Positions 1-8,054 of a stretch of 49,357 nucleotides of DNA are shown here, in pieces. The DNA comes from Acidiferrobacterales bacterium (GTDB taxonomy: Bacteria; Pseudomonadota; Gammaproteobacteria; Acidiferrobacterales; UBA6901): the NCBI GenBank assembly GCA_035256085.1, contig DATEYP010000046.1:1-49357 (forward strand), read 5' to 3'. The translations under genes were made by a program, and so were the position numbers. Position 1 is the stretch's first letter. Every line of letters begins with the position of its first letter. The notes under the pieces are model-generated. The model ran no database searches, was not told where the DNA came from, and saw nothing but the letters and a program-made list of their open reading frames with translations.

Positions 1-1
1 C

Positions 2-256
2 CTGCCGAGAACGCTAGCGCCCTACCGTGACAAACTCTTCGGCTTGACCATCGACCCCGGCCGCCTGCAGCAGATCCGCACGGAGCGCCGTCCCAACAGC
101 GTGTATGCCAGTGCCGAACAATGCCGATTCGAGGTTGAAGCCGCCAAGGCCATGTACCTGCGGGAACAGGTCCCCTTCCTTGACACCAGCACCGTCTCCA
201 TCGAAGAAATCGCCACCACCATTCTTCAGAAAGCCAACTTGCAGCGGCGTATCTAG
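2..256 (+). CDS. ppsR: 3' end of PEP synthase regulatory kinase/pyrophosphorylase (PpsR/DUF299 family); 5' end off-window
   Basis: Frame 2 is open from the window edge (LPRTLAPYRDKLFGLTIDPGRLQQIRTERRPNSVYAS...LDTSTVSIEEIATTIL), resembling the conserved PpsR/YdiA C-terminus. The tracked ORF 44..256 merely starts at an in-frame TTG. Confidence 0.75.
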   Translation: MPRTLAPYRDKLFGLTIDPGRLQQIRTERRPNSVYASAEQCRFEVEAAKAMYLREQVPFLDTSTVSIEEIATTILQKANLQRRI

Positions 257-530
257 CACCAGCCACGCGGCCTTCCGGCGGCTGTCATCTGAACGGTTTC
301 TCACACGCGTTGGAAGGGGAAGTCCGGAAGAACTGATACGGACCCGCACGCAATCTATCGAAGAGTCCAAGAGTCACATCGCTGTACAGCGGTATCTCAT
401 ACGCATACTTGGATTCCGCTTTCTCAATAAATGCCTTCCAATTCTCGAACGATGGAAGAACCGTGTAATTAAGGGCATTTCGGTGTTGGTAAACAATGAT
501 TGCGCCTGTCGTTGGGTCCTTGCGCCTTCA

Positions 531-860
531 TTAGTTGGCGGTCCAAGTTTTTGCCTGCGTACTCTTTAGCCTCCGCTCCAGCAAGCCAAAATCACCCAGA
601 TGGGCCGTCATTAAGCTCTTCCAGAGCTTGCCGTGGTTTGGGACACTGAAATGCAGGAGTTCATGGACAATCACGTACTCTCCCAGCTTTTTGTCTAATT
701 CCAATAACTCGGCATTGAAATTGAGATTGCCGTTGGTTGAGCAGGAGGCCCACTTGTTACGCATGGGGCGGATGGCCAATGAACGCACCGTGATGTCCAG
801 CTTGACGGCCCACTCGAATACGCGGGCCTTGAATTCTCCCTTATCGCGCCAGGCACTCAT
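531..860 (-). CDS. Short M48/DUF45 (YgjP-like) zinc metallopeptidase, the common hsdR-linked partner
   Basis: HEXXH motif in context VIVHELLHFSVPNHGKLW. RNKWASCS resembles the DUF45 'rWGSCs' block. Its ATG overlaps the hsdR stop (ATGA at 857-860). Confidence 0.8.
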   Translation of the reverse strand: MSAWRDKGEFKARVFEWAVKLDITVRSLAIRPMRNKWASCSTNGNLNFNAELLELDKKLGEYVIVHELLHFSVPNHGKLWKSLMTAHLGDFGLLERRLKSTQAKTWTAN

Positions 861-3844
861 GGCCGAAAGCTCTTCTGAAGCAGCATGAACAACGCCTCGA
901 CGGTGGCGGTTACCTTCTCAATATCGCCCTCCTCCGCATAGAGGGCGAATGTCACCTGCTTTCGTACTTCGCGCAGCTCAGCCTCGCTGCGCTGCCAGTT
1001 GGGGTACTTGGCGAACGCCGCAGCCACCTTGCGGCTCGCGGCCTCCGGGTTCGGGATGCCATCATCGGTCAGCTTGCACAGGACAAAGTAGGTCAGCCCA
1101 TCCAATCCCTTCGCAAGTTGCTCCTTCTTGCGGCGTTCGTTCTTCTCAAGCTCATCGAGTAGCGTGGCCAGCGCCTCGGCGGTGGTCGTTTGCCGGTCCT
1201 CAAAGCTCTCTTGCACCGCCTTGGCCCGCTCCGACAGGGCGACGAGGAAGGGATCATCACTATTCTCTTCTGCGGTCTTTTCGATGGATTTGACGAGGTT
1301 GATGACCTTCGTGTTGTCGTTTTCGTGCTTGCTCTTTATATGCTCTATGGTTTCCTCGTTCACCTCGATGTATTGGAAAACCGGCTCGATATATTTCACG
1401 CCGATCATCGACTGCACCAGTTCGTTGGTCTTCTTCTGGAACGCCCTGTCTACATAGACCTTCTTGGCGTAGGCATTGCGCACCACGGCGTAGATGGAGG
1501 ATAGGGTCGTGTAATCGTCGATAAACGGCCGCAGGAACGCATCCGGCGAAATGATCTCATAGAGCATCTCGATTTCCTTATATTCCTTGAAGAACTCCTT
1601 GCGCCGCTCCTTGTCGCGGAAGTGCTCGATCAAGTTGTCCACATCCTTGTCGTTGAACTTCTGCGTCACCAGCGCCAGATACCCCGGAGCCTTGGTCTCC
1701 ATCTTTGACTTGAACAGTTGCTTGAGCAGGCCGAGGTCCTTGACGATGGCATTGATCTCGTCGCTGTCGAAGGCCAGCGCCTTTTCCAGCTTGTCGAAAA
1801 TGCCCACGAAATCGAGCACGAAGCCGTGCGGCTTTACCATTTCGGCCGCTTCGTTCTCGTAGGGACGGTTCACACGCGCGATGGCCTGGAGTAGCGTGTG
1901 ATCGCGCATCGGCTTGTCGAGGTACATGGCATAGAGGATCGGGGCGTCAAAACCAGTGAGCAGCTTTTCGGTGACGATCAGAATCTTCGGCCACTCGCCG
2001 ACCTTGGTAAAGTTCTTGCGAATCTGCTTCTCTTTCTTGTCGTCGAGGTGCCACTTCTTAAGGTGTGCCGGGTCGTTGTTGCTGCCGGTGAAGACGATCT
2101 CGGAATATTCCGGCGGCAGAATCTTGTCGAGTGCCTCCTTGTAGAAGGCGCAGGCTTCGCGGTCCACGGCCACCAGGAACGCCTTGTAGCCAAGCGGCTC
2201 GACGTTCTGACGGAAATGATCAGCCACGAACTGCGCCACCTTCGGCACCCGGTCCTTGCCCTTGAGGAAGTTCTTCAGGTTTACCGCCCGTTCGAGAATC
2301 TTGTTCAGCTCCTCGATGTCGGCGATGCCCTCGGTTTCGGCCAGCGCCAGAAACTCCTTCTCCATGATCTCGTGCGGCACGAGCATCTCGTTCGGCGCGA
2401 GGTTGTAGTAGAGCGGCAGCGTGGTGCCGTCCTCGATGCTCTCGCTGATGGAATACTTGTGCAGGTAGCCCTGGTCGTCCTCGCAGCCGAAGGTCTTGAA
2501 CGTCCCCTTGCCGTAAACGGTCTTGTCCACGGGCGTGCCGGTGAAGCCGATGTAGCTCGCGTTCGGCAGGCCGGCCATCAGGTAATTGCCTAGGTCGCCG
2601 CCGGTGGTGCGGTGCGCCTCATCGATGAGCACGAAGATGTTCTTGCGCGTGTTGAGGTTCGCCGGCATGTCGCGGAACTTGTGGATCATGGTCACGACGA
2701 TGCCGCGGTAGTCCTGCCCTTTCTCGTCCAGCAGCTTGTTGAGCGTGGTAATACGGTCGGCGTGTGCCACGTTGCCCAGACCCACCGCCGCCAGATTCTT
2801 GAGCATCTGGTCTTCCAATTCGTTGCGGTCGATCATCAGCAGGATAGTCGGCTTCTGCGCCGCGTTGGCCTTGAACAGCAGCTCGGCGGCCTTGATCATG
2901 GTGTAGGTCTTGCCGCTGCCCTGCGTGTGCCAGACGAGACCGCGCGAGCGTTTCGGATCGAGAGCACGCGCCACCACCTTGTCCACTGCCGCCGTCTGGT
3001 GCTGGTGCAGAATGAACTTTTGGAGTTCCTCCTCCTTCTCGGCGAACAGGATAAAGTCCTTCAACACGCGCAGCAGATGCAGCACGGCGCAGAAGCTCTT
3101 CACCTTGGCTTCGAGGTTGCCGACCTCGTCGCTCTTCCAGCGGAAGATGTTCCGCCGCACCGTGTTCCACGTCACCCCATAGGCGAAGCCGATAGCCTCG
3201 GTGACGGTGAACAGCATCTCCGGCACCATCACCTCAGGTGTCTCGGAGTGGTAGCGGCGAATCTGGTCCACCCCGAGCGCGGTCGCCTCGTCCTTGGTGG
3301 CGTTCTTGCATTCGATCACCAGCACCGGGATGCCGTTGATGAGGAACACCACGTCCTCGCGCGTGCCGTGGCGGCCGTTGTGGACGTAGAACTCCTCGGT
3401 CACCTCGTACACGTTGCGCCATTGCTCGCGCGGCCGAGTCAGATCCGCGTAATCGATGATCTGAAGATCCAGCTCGCGGTTTTCCTCGGCGCAGAAGAAC
3501 TTGCCCTGGTTGCGGAGGTAGGCGAGAAAATCCCGGTTGCCGGCGATGTCGGCGTTCAGCCGCTGGAACTCACCAACCAGCGCGCCTTCGGCCTCTTTAT
3601 ATTTCGGGTTGAAGGCGCGCACTTGGGCGTGAAGCAGGTCGCCGAAATAGAGCGACGCCCTGCGCGCCTCATCCGCATTCTCCCTCTCCCCGCCATTCAT
3701 CCCCTCTCCCTCTGGGAGAGGGCTGGGGTGAGGAGGAAATCCACGCCTCATCTCGGCTTCGGCGCGCGGCACAAAACGCCAGCCGATCTCCTGCGCGTAC
3801 GCGAGGATGCGGGCTTGGACGGTTTTGTGTTCGCTGGGTTTCAT
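857..3844 (-). CDS. hsdR: Type I restriction enzyme R subunit (intact)
   Basis: N-terminus MKPSEHKTVQARILAYAQEIGW. Helicase motif I HTQGSGKTYTM and DEAH box LIDEAHRTT. About 995 aa. ATG at 3844..3842 (the track's first M is a TTG at 3847) overlaps the hipA TGA. Confidence 0.95.
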   Translation of the reverse strand: MKPSEHKTVQARILAYAQEIGWRFVPRAEAEMRRGFPPHPSPLPEGEGMNGGERENADEARRASLYFGDLLHAQVRAFNPKYKEAEGALVGEFQRLNADIAGNRDFLAYLRNQGKFFCAEENRELDLQIIDYADLTRPREQWRNVYEVTEEFYVHNGRHGTREDVVFLINGIPVLVIECKNATKDEATALGVDQIRRYHSETPEVMVPEMLFTVTEAIGFAYGVTWNTVRRNIFRWKSDEVGNLEAKVKSFCAVLHLLRVLKDFILFAEKEEELQKFILHQHQTAAVDKVVARALDPKRSRGLVWHTQGSGKTYTMIKAAELLFKANAAQKPTILLMIDRNELEDQMLKNLAAVGLGNVAHADRITTLNKLLDEKGQDYRGIVVTMIHKFRDMPANLNTRKNIFVLIDEAHRTTGGDLGNYLMAGLPNASYIGFTGTPVDKTVYGKGTFKTFGCEDDQGYLHKYSISESIEDGTTLPLYYNLAPNEMLVPHEIMEKEFLALAETEGIADIEELNKILERAVNLKNFLKGKDRVPKVAQFVADHFRQNVEPLGYKAFLVAVDREACAFYKEALDKILPPEYSEIVFTGSNNDPAHLKKWHLDDKKEKQIRKNFTKVGEWPKILIVTEKLLTGFDAPILYAMYLDKPMRDHTLLQAIARVNRPYENEAAEMVKPHGFVLDFVGIFDKLEKALAFDSDEINAIVKDLGLLKQLFKSKMETKAPGYLALVTQKFNDKDVDNLIEHFRDKERRKEFFKEYKEIEMLYEIISPDAFLRPFIDDYTTLSSIYAVVRNAYAKKVYVDRAFQKKTNELVQSMIGVKYIEPVFQYIEVNEETIEHIKSKHENDNTKVINLVKSIEKTAEENSDDPFLVALSERAKAVQESFEDRQTTTAEALATLLDELEKNERRKKEQLAKGLDGLTYFVLCKLTDDGIPNPEAASRKVAAAFAKYPNWQRSEAELREVRKQVTFALYAEEGDIEKVTATVEALFMLLQKSFRP
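3681..3736. repeat. REP family A copy (CCCTCTCCC-loop-GGGAGAGGG hairpin plus GGGGTGAGG flank) inside the hsdR coding frame
   Basis: The sequence cccctctccctctgggagagggctggggtgagg is the same core as at 49021-49043 and related to 15135, 16058, 19408, 21012, 27275 and 34255. It is translated in frame as PHPSPLPEGEG. Confidence 0.8.
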
Positions 3845-5148
3845 CAAAAACTTTTTAACCGAAGTGTTCGCTGAATCCGGTTGCGTACCGAAAGCGATAC
3901 ACCCGCTTCTTCGGCATAATCCTCCCAGCGGGATACTGTTTCCCGCACCTCGTTGACAATGTTCTCGGCTCGCCCGCGCTTCATCGAAACGGCCTTCGCG
4001 CAGGCCTTGAAATCATCCATCGTGAAGTCATCACGCTTGCCGTTCATAGTCATCTGGTGGCTGGCCGTCCATGCGCCGGAAGGATTAAAACTGTAGATCA
4101 CGTCAAAGGCAGGCGAAAGCGACCATTTTCCGGTTTTATCCATCAGGAAAGCGATGTTTTTGACATGGTCGTCCTGATTGCGTGCGACGATGTTAAACAC
4201 CATGCGGCGGAACTGTTCCTCGATCGCGCCCATTGGCAACCCCAACTGTCGAATCACCAGCAGCGCCTGTTCATAGGCATAGGCACCCGCCATATTGAAA
4301 TCGTAATGCGCCAGCGCGCAAAGCGATTGCATGTGGAGTTTCTCGCCACCGGCAAGACGGTCAAAACGCCGCGTCATAAAATGACGCCGGCCGTTTTCCT
4401 CGAACAGCCGGCATTCGCTGATATCGATACCGCAGTCCCTGGCCATCTTGTAATAGGCGTATTCAATGACGCCATAACCTCGCGGGTCTTCGAGTTCCTT
4501 GTCCCTGTTCCCTTGGACACCGTCAAATTTCAGCAGCCAGTATTCGAAACCCTCGCCTGCCGGAATCTGGCCGGAACGGACCTCGTTGGTTGATGGACTC
4601 CAGGCAATCACCGCCTTGGCCCGGGCGCCACCGGCCGAGGTGCCGACCCGCAGGATATCGGTCAACGCCTGTTCCCGGCTTTCATCGGCAAAGGAAGCCC
4701 GAAGATCATTGCGATGGGTGAGTACTTCCGATGCCAGCTCAACCAGCTTGTCGATTTGTATCCGGCTGGCCTGCCGCGCTTTGGGCCCAGTCGCGGGCGC
4801 AAATTCCAAAGCCCCCATCCCGCGCTCGCCGGTATAGCAAAGCCGTTCGACCACATTGAACGAGTCCGGCTGCCGGCCCTGAGTGGCCAGCCAGGCATCA
4901 ATCAGTACGTGACCGAACTTGTCCGGGAGCGAGTCCGCCAGCAGTCCGGGCAGCCCGTAAAAGGTCTTTCGGGATAACTCGGGGAAGGCGTAGACGCGGT
5001 TGGAAAGCGGCATTGTGAGCGGCGAAATCTCGATGCCGCTTCTGGCAAACGACGGGTCGTACTCGAAGGCAGCCACATCCTTGCCCTCGTCCAGCAAAAC
5101 CGCACCAATCGTACGCCCCCAAAGCCTGACTTCGGCAACGGTACTCAT
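3844..5148 (-). CDS. hipA: HipA-family serine/threonine kinase toxin (type II TA)
   Basis: MSTVAEVRLWGRTIGAV... N-terminal coupling domain and C-terminal HipA kinase-like region (ARNQDDHVKNIAFL). ATGA overlap with the hipB stop at 5145-5148. Confidence 0.88.
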   Translation of the reverse strand: MSTVAEVRLWGRTIGAVLLDEGKDVAAFEYDPSFARSGIEISPLTMPLSNRVYAFPELSRKTFYGLPGLLADSLPDKFGHVLIDAWLATQGRQPDSFNVVERLCYTGERGMGALEFAPATGPKARQASRIQIDKLVELASEVLTHRNDLRASFADESREQALTDILRVGTSAGGARAKAVIAWSPSTNEVRSGQIPAGEGFEYWLLKFDGVQGNRDKELEDPRGYGVIEYAYYKMARDCGIDISECRLFEENGRRHFMTRRFDRLAGGEKLHMQSLCALAHYDFNMAGAYAYEQALLVIRQLGLPMGAIEEQFRRMVFNIVARNQDDHVKNIAFLMDKTGKWSLSPAFDVIYSFNPSGAWTASHQMTMNGKRDDFTMDDFKACAKAVSMKRGRAENIVNEVRETVSRWEDYAEEAGVSLSVRNRIQRTLRLKSF

Positions 5149-5495
5149 GTTTTGCCATCCCAGGACCACGGCTTATAGGACCGATCCGAACGGCGGCGTC
5201 TTGAGGCACGTTGCCGCACTTTTCCCTTTTGCTTTAGCAAATTCATCGGTCTCGGCCCGGCCTCGGGGATCATGCGATCCAGACCCGGCAAGAGATCCAG
5301 CACCCGAAGAATCCGGATGATGCTCGACATTTGCGCGGAGGCCCCACCTTCAACCCGCTCAACCGTCCGCTTGGCGACACCCGCCTGATCGGCCACATCC
5401 GCCTGAGTCAATTGAAGATCAAGCCGACGCCGCGCAACACGCTCGCCGATCTCGGCAAGAATAGCGTCATCTGCAAGGAGTTTTGATATCTTCAT
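5145..5495 (-). CDS. hipB: HipB-like XRE-family HTH antitoxin
   Basis: HTH segment LQLTQADVADQAGVAKRTVERVEGG sits directly upstream of, and overlaps, hipA. The ATG at 5495 is preferred over the TTG at 5504 used by the track. Confidence 0.8.
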   Translation of the reverse strand: MKISKLLADDAILAEIGERVARRRLDLQLTQADVADQAGVAKRTVERVEGGASAQMSSIIRILRVLDLLPGLDRMIPEAGPRPMNLLKQKGKVRQRASRRRRSDRSYKPWSWDGKT

Positions 5496-5536
5496 AGTCG
5501 CCAACTTTAACGATTTATATGCTAAACATTCTGATT

Positions 5537-5571
5537 TATCGACATATATGGCGATATATATATGATATATC
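5537..5571. promoter_or_regulatory. Candidate HipB operator: overlapping inverted repeats
   Basis: TATCG-N10-CGATA (5537-5556) overlaps GATATAT-N5-ATATATC (5553-5571), about 40-75 nt upstream of hipB. E. coli HipB binds TATCC-N8-GGATA type palindromes. Confidence 0.3.
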
Positions 5572-5831
5572 TGAATAAGTCTAGTCGTCTATTATGGCGA
5601 ATTCTTCAAATTACTAGAAGTAATTCGCGAATAATGACGAATTATAAATTTTTAATGGTAAATTATTTACGGATGAGTTCAGATTTTTGGCATGATTCAG
5701 CAAAGTGCGCCACTTAAAGTGGCGCGCAAGTGTTTTCTACGCCCCTTCGATTCACGCGAGTTCAGACTGAATTCTTCATACCCAAATTGGGTTTGATGCT
5801 ACCCATTTTGGGTATCCGCAGTAGTCAGTCT

Positions 5832-5983
5832 GGTAGGGTGGGCACGCTGTTTGTGCCCACGCGTGCAGGCCCTGCATCTTCGCATCTTCGCGCCCCTCCC
5901 GCGTGTGCGGGAGGCAAGTGCGTAGGGTGCGCCCTGCCGCACCGGTTCCGATTTCCGCGTGGGCACTTCGTGTCCACCCTACC
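5832..5983. repeat. MITE/REP-like element of the GTAGGGTGGGCA type with 15-bp terminal inverted repeats
   Basis: Left end ggtagggtgggcacg; reverse complement of the right end ggtagggtggacacg (14 of 15 match). Internal hairpin cctcccgc-gtgt-gcgggagg. A related gtagggcgcgc motif is at 49101. Confidence 0.5.
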
Positions 5984-6124
5984 CAGCTTTGTCACCAACA
6001 GTTTCCCAGCGATTAATCTTGTAAATTCACATATATTATATGTTTAATACTTAAAATTATTTGACAAATCGACATTATTGTACGAAATTACAATTTATTC
6101 TAATAAATAATCCGTCTTAAAGCC

Positions 6125-7381
6125 ATGCTAATTGAGTTCCGCGTCGGCAACTATCGCTCAATCCGGGACGAGCTTGTCTTGAGCCTGGTTGCATCCACGG
6201 ATAAGTCGCATCGCGAGACCCACGTGGTGCATATCGGTCCCAAGGCCATCCCGGACATGCTGCGTAGCGCTGTCTTATATGGCCCGAATGCCGGAGGAAA
6301 GTCCAACCTGGTCAACGCCGCGGCATTCATGCGCGCGGTGGTGGCCGATTCGGCCACCACCATGCAACTGGGCCAGACCTTCAATGTGCAGCCCTTTCGG
6401 CTGAACCCAAACACCGCCAAGGAGCCAACCCGCTTCGAGCTAACATTCCTTGAAGATGGAGTTCGCTATCAATACGGATTCGCGCTAACAGCAGATCGCG
6501 TAACAGAAGAATGGCTTCTGGCATATCGCACCGCCAAGCCGCAACAGTGGTTCACTCGTCACTACGACCCGGACTCAAGCCGCGATGTCTATGAGTTCGG
6601 TTCGCACCTGACCGGCCAACGCAAGCTGTGGCAGGAATCCACCCGCACCAATGCCCTCTTTCTCTCCACTGCCGTCCAACTCAACAGCGAGCAGCTGCGC
6701 CCTGTATTTGCCTGGATAGTACATAAGCTAGTCGTTTTCGGCGCCGGTGTACTTCCTCAGATTGACTTCTCCGTTGGCATGCTCCAGCAGAGCGAGGGCA
6801 AGCAGGCCATACGCGAGTTTATGGCCTCCGCTGACATCAGCATTACCGATATTGACGTAGCCCCACGCAAGGGCGTGGCACAGACATTCAACTTTGACGC
6901 CGCCACTGGCAAGTCCGATGTCCGTACCGAAGAACGTGACTTTCTGATGCCGCAGTTTCGTCACGAAACTGAACACGGCTCGGCCACCTTCGAACTCGGT
7001 GATGAATCCTTGGGCACTCAACGGCTGTTTGCATTGGCGGGACCGGTGCTGGACATTCTCAAGGCCGGGCGCATCCTGATCGTGGATGAGCTCGATAGCA
7101 GTCTGCATCCTTTGCTGGTGAGGCGACTGGTAAGTCTGTTTCACAATCCCAAGATCAACACGGCCAACGCACAGCTCGTTTTTACTACTCACGACACCAC
7201 ACTGCTCGACCCCGATCTGCTCCGCCGCGACCAGATCTGGTTTGTCGAGAAGAATCGCGAGCAGGTCACCACGCTCTACCCGTTTACTGACTTCAGCCCC
7301 CGCAAAAAGGAGGCATGGGAACGTGGTTATCTCTTGGGCCGATTCGGCGCGCTGCCTTTCTTCCGCGATCTGGTGTCGTAA
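6125..7381 (+). CDS. ABC-type AAA ATPase (AAA_15/21-like; AbiLi / RloA-like)
   Basis: Walker A YGPNAGGKSNLV, Walker B ILIVDELDSSLHP, H-loop VFTTHD. Followed 8 nt later by an RloB-family gene. Confidence 0.85.
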   Translation: MLIEFRVGNYRSIRDELVLSLVASTDKSHRETHVVHIGPKAIPDMLRSAVLYGPNAGGKSNLVNAAAFMRAVVADSATTMQLGQTFNVQPFRLNPNTAKEPTRFELTFLEDGVRYQYGFALTADRVTEEWLLAYRTAKPQQWFTRHYDPDSSRDVYEFGSHLTGQRKLWQESTRTNALFLSTAVQLNSEQLRPVFAWIVHKLVVFGAGVLPQIDFSVGMLQQSEGKQAIREFMASADISITDIDVAPRKGVAQTFNFDAATGKSDVRTEERDFLMPQFRHETEHGSATFELGDESLGTQRLFALAGPVLDILKAGRILIVDELDSSLHPLLVRRLVSLFHNPKINTANAQLVFTTHDTTLLDPDLLRRDQIWFVEKNREQVTTLYPFTDFSPRKKEAWERGYLLGRFGALPFFRDLVS

Positions 7382-7389
7382 GAAACCCT

Positions 7390-8054
7390 ATGGGGCGCGA
7401 TAATCAGCCCAAGGAACGCCAGGCTCGGGCACTGGCGCGCAAGAAAGCCAACCGCGCCAGCTACGAACGCATCCTGATTGTCAGCGAAGGCGAAAAAACG
7501 GAACCGTTGTACTTCGAAGAAATTTGCCAACACTACCGGCTGCACACGGCCAATATCCGCATGATGCCAAGCGCCTATGGCACCACGCCCCAGCAGGTGG
7601 TGGATTTCGCCAGAGACGAGTGCCTGAAAACGCGGGAGTGGGAACATGTGTTTTGTGTTTTTTACGCGACGACCACCCCAGGGCCAACTTTGATAACGCC
7701 ATGGCGAGCACTGCCGCTCTGGACAAGAAACACAGGAATGAGCTTAAACAGCCCATTCGCTTCACCGCTATTCCATCCATCCCCTGCTTCGAGTTATGGC
7801 TGTTATTGCATTTCGAGCGTATTACCCGCGAGTGTCATCGCAATGAGGTCTATAACCTTCTGCGACAGCCCGGCCGTCTGCCAGGATACGATAAAAGCCA
7901 GGGCGGTCACTTTGCCAGAACCCGCCACCTGCTCGACACGGCCTATGGGAACGCGGCAACACTGACTGCGGAACGGAAGCGCCATGGTAACGAAAATCCG
8001 TTTACCGCCGTAGACACACTGGTCAAGTTGCTGACGGGTTTGAAACCCGATTAA
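7390..8054 (+). pseudogene. rloB: RloB / AbiLii-family gene split by a 1-nt frameshift at a T6 run
   Basis: The N-terminal frame gives ILIVSEGEKTEPLYFEE...EWEHVFCVF. The C-terminal family sequence (RDDHPRANFDNA...IPSIPCFELWLLLHFE) continues in another frame after ttttttt-minus-one at 7658-7663. Confidence 0.8.

Larger units (their letters stand above)
5505..6124. promoter_or_regulatory. AT-rich divergent control region between hipBA (minus) and the AbiL-like pair (plus)
   Basis: 620 bp without a credible ORF and much more AT-rich than its surroundings. It contains several inverted repeats and a TTGACA hexamer at 6061-6066. Confidence 0.45.

Noticed and set aside
257-540. Search for a direct repeat of the tRNA-Lys 3' end (att-like) at the ppsR-proximal island border
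   Set aside because: By eye I could not find a match to tggtgggccgtgcaagattcgaa or its complement in this interval. No att site is claimed, and a computed alignment could still find a short one.
2612-3874. 420-aa plus-strand ORF antisense to hsdR. Similar long shadow ORFs are at 1898..2593, 19493..20395, 26157..27461, 34381..35640, 35752..36858, 38105..39742 and 45237..46895.
   Set aside because: All lie opposite genes with unambiguous family motifs (hsdR, queC/queE, ruvB, aspS, TPR-methyltransferase, sucA). Their translations are low-complexity and Arg/His/Ala/Gly-rich.
5730-6047. 105-aa ORF in the hipBA/AbiL intergenic region
   Set aside because: It is the translation of the GTAGGGTGGGCA-type MITE and surrounding AT-rich DNA. 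It has no RBS, and its peptide (VGTLFVPTRAGP...) is characteristic of translated REP sequence.
6061-6094. TTGACA (6061-6066) and TACAAT (6089-6094) as a sigma70 promoter for the AbiL-like ATPase gene
   Set aside because: The spacing between the hexamers is 22 nt, too long for a canonical promoter. It is kept only as part of the general regulatory region.
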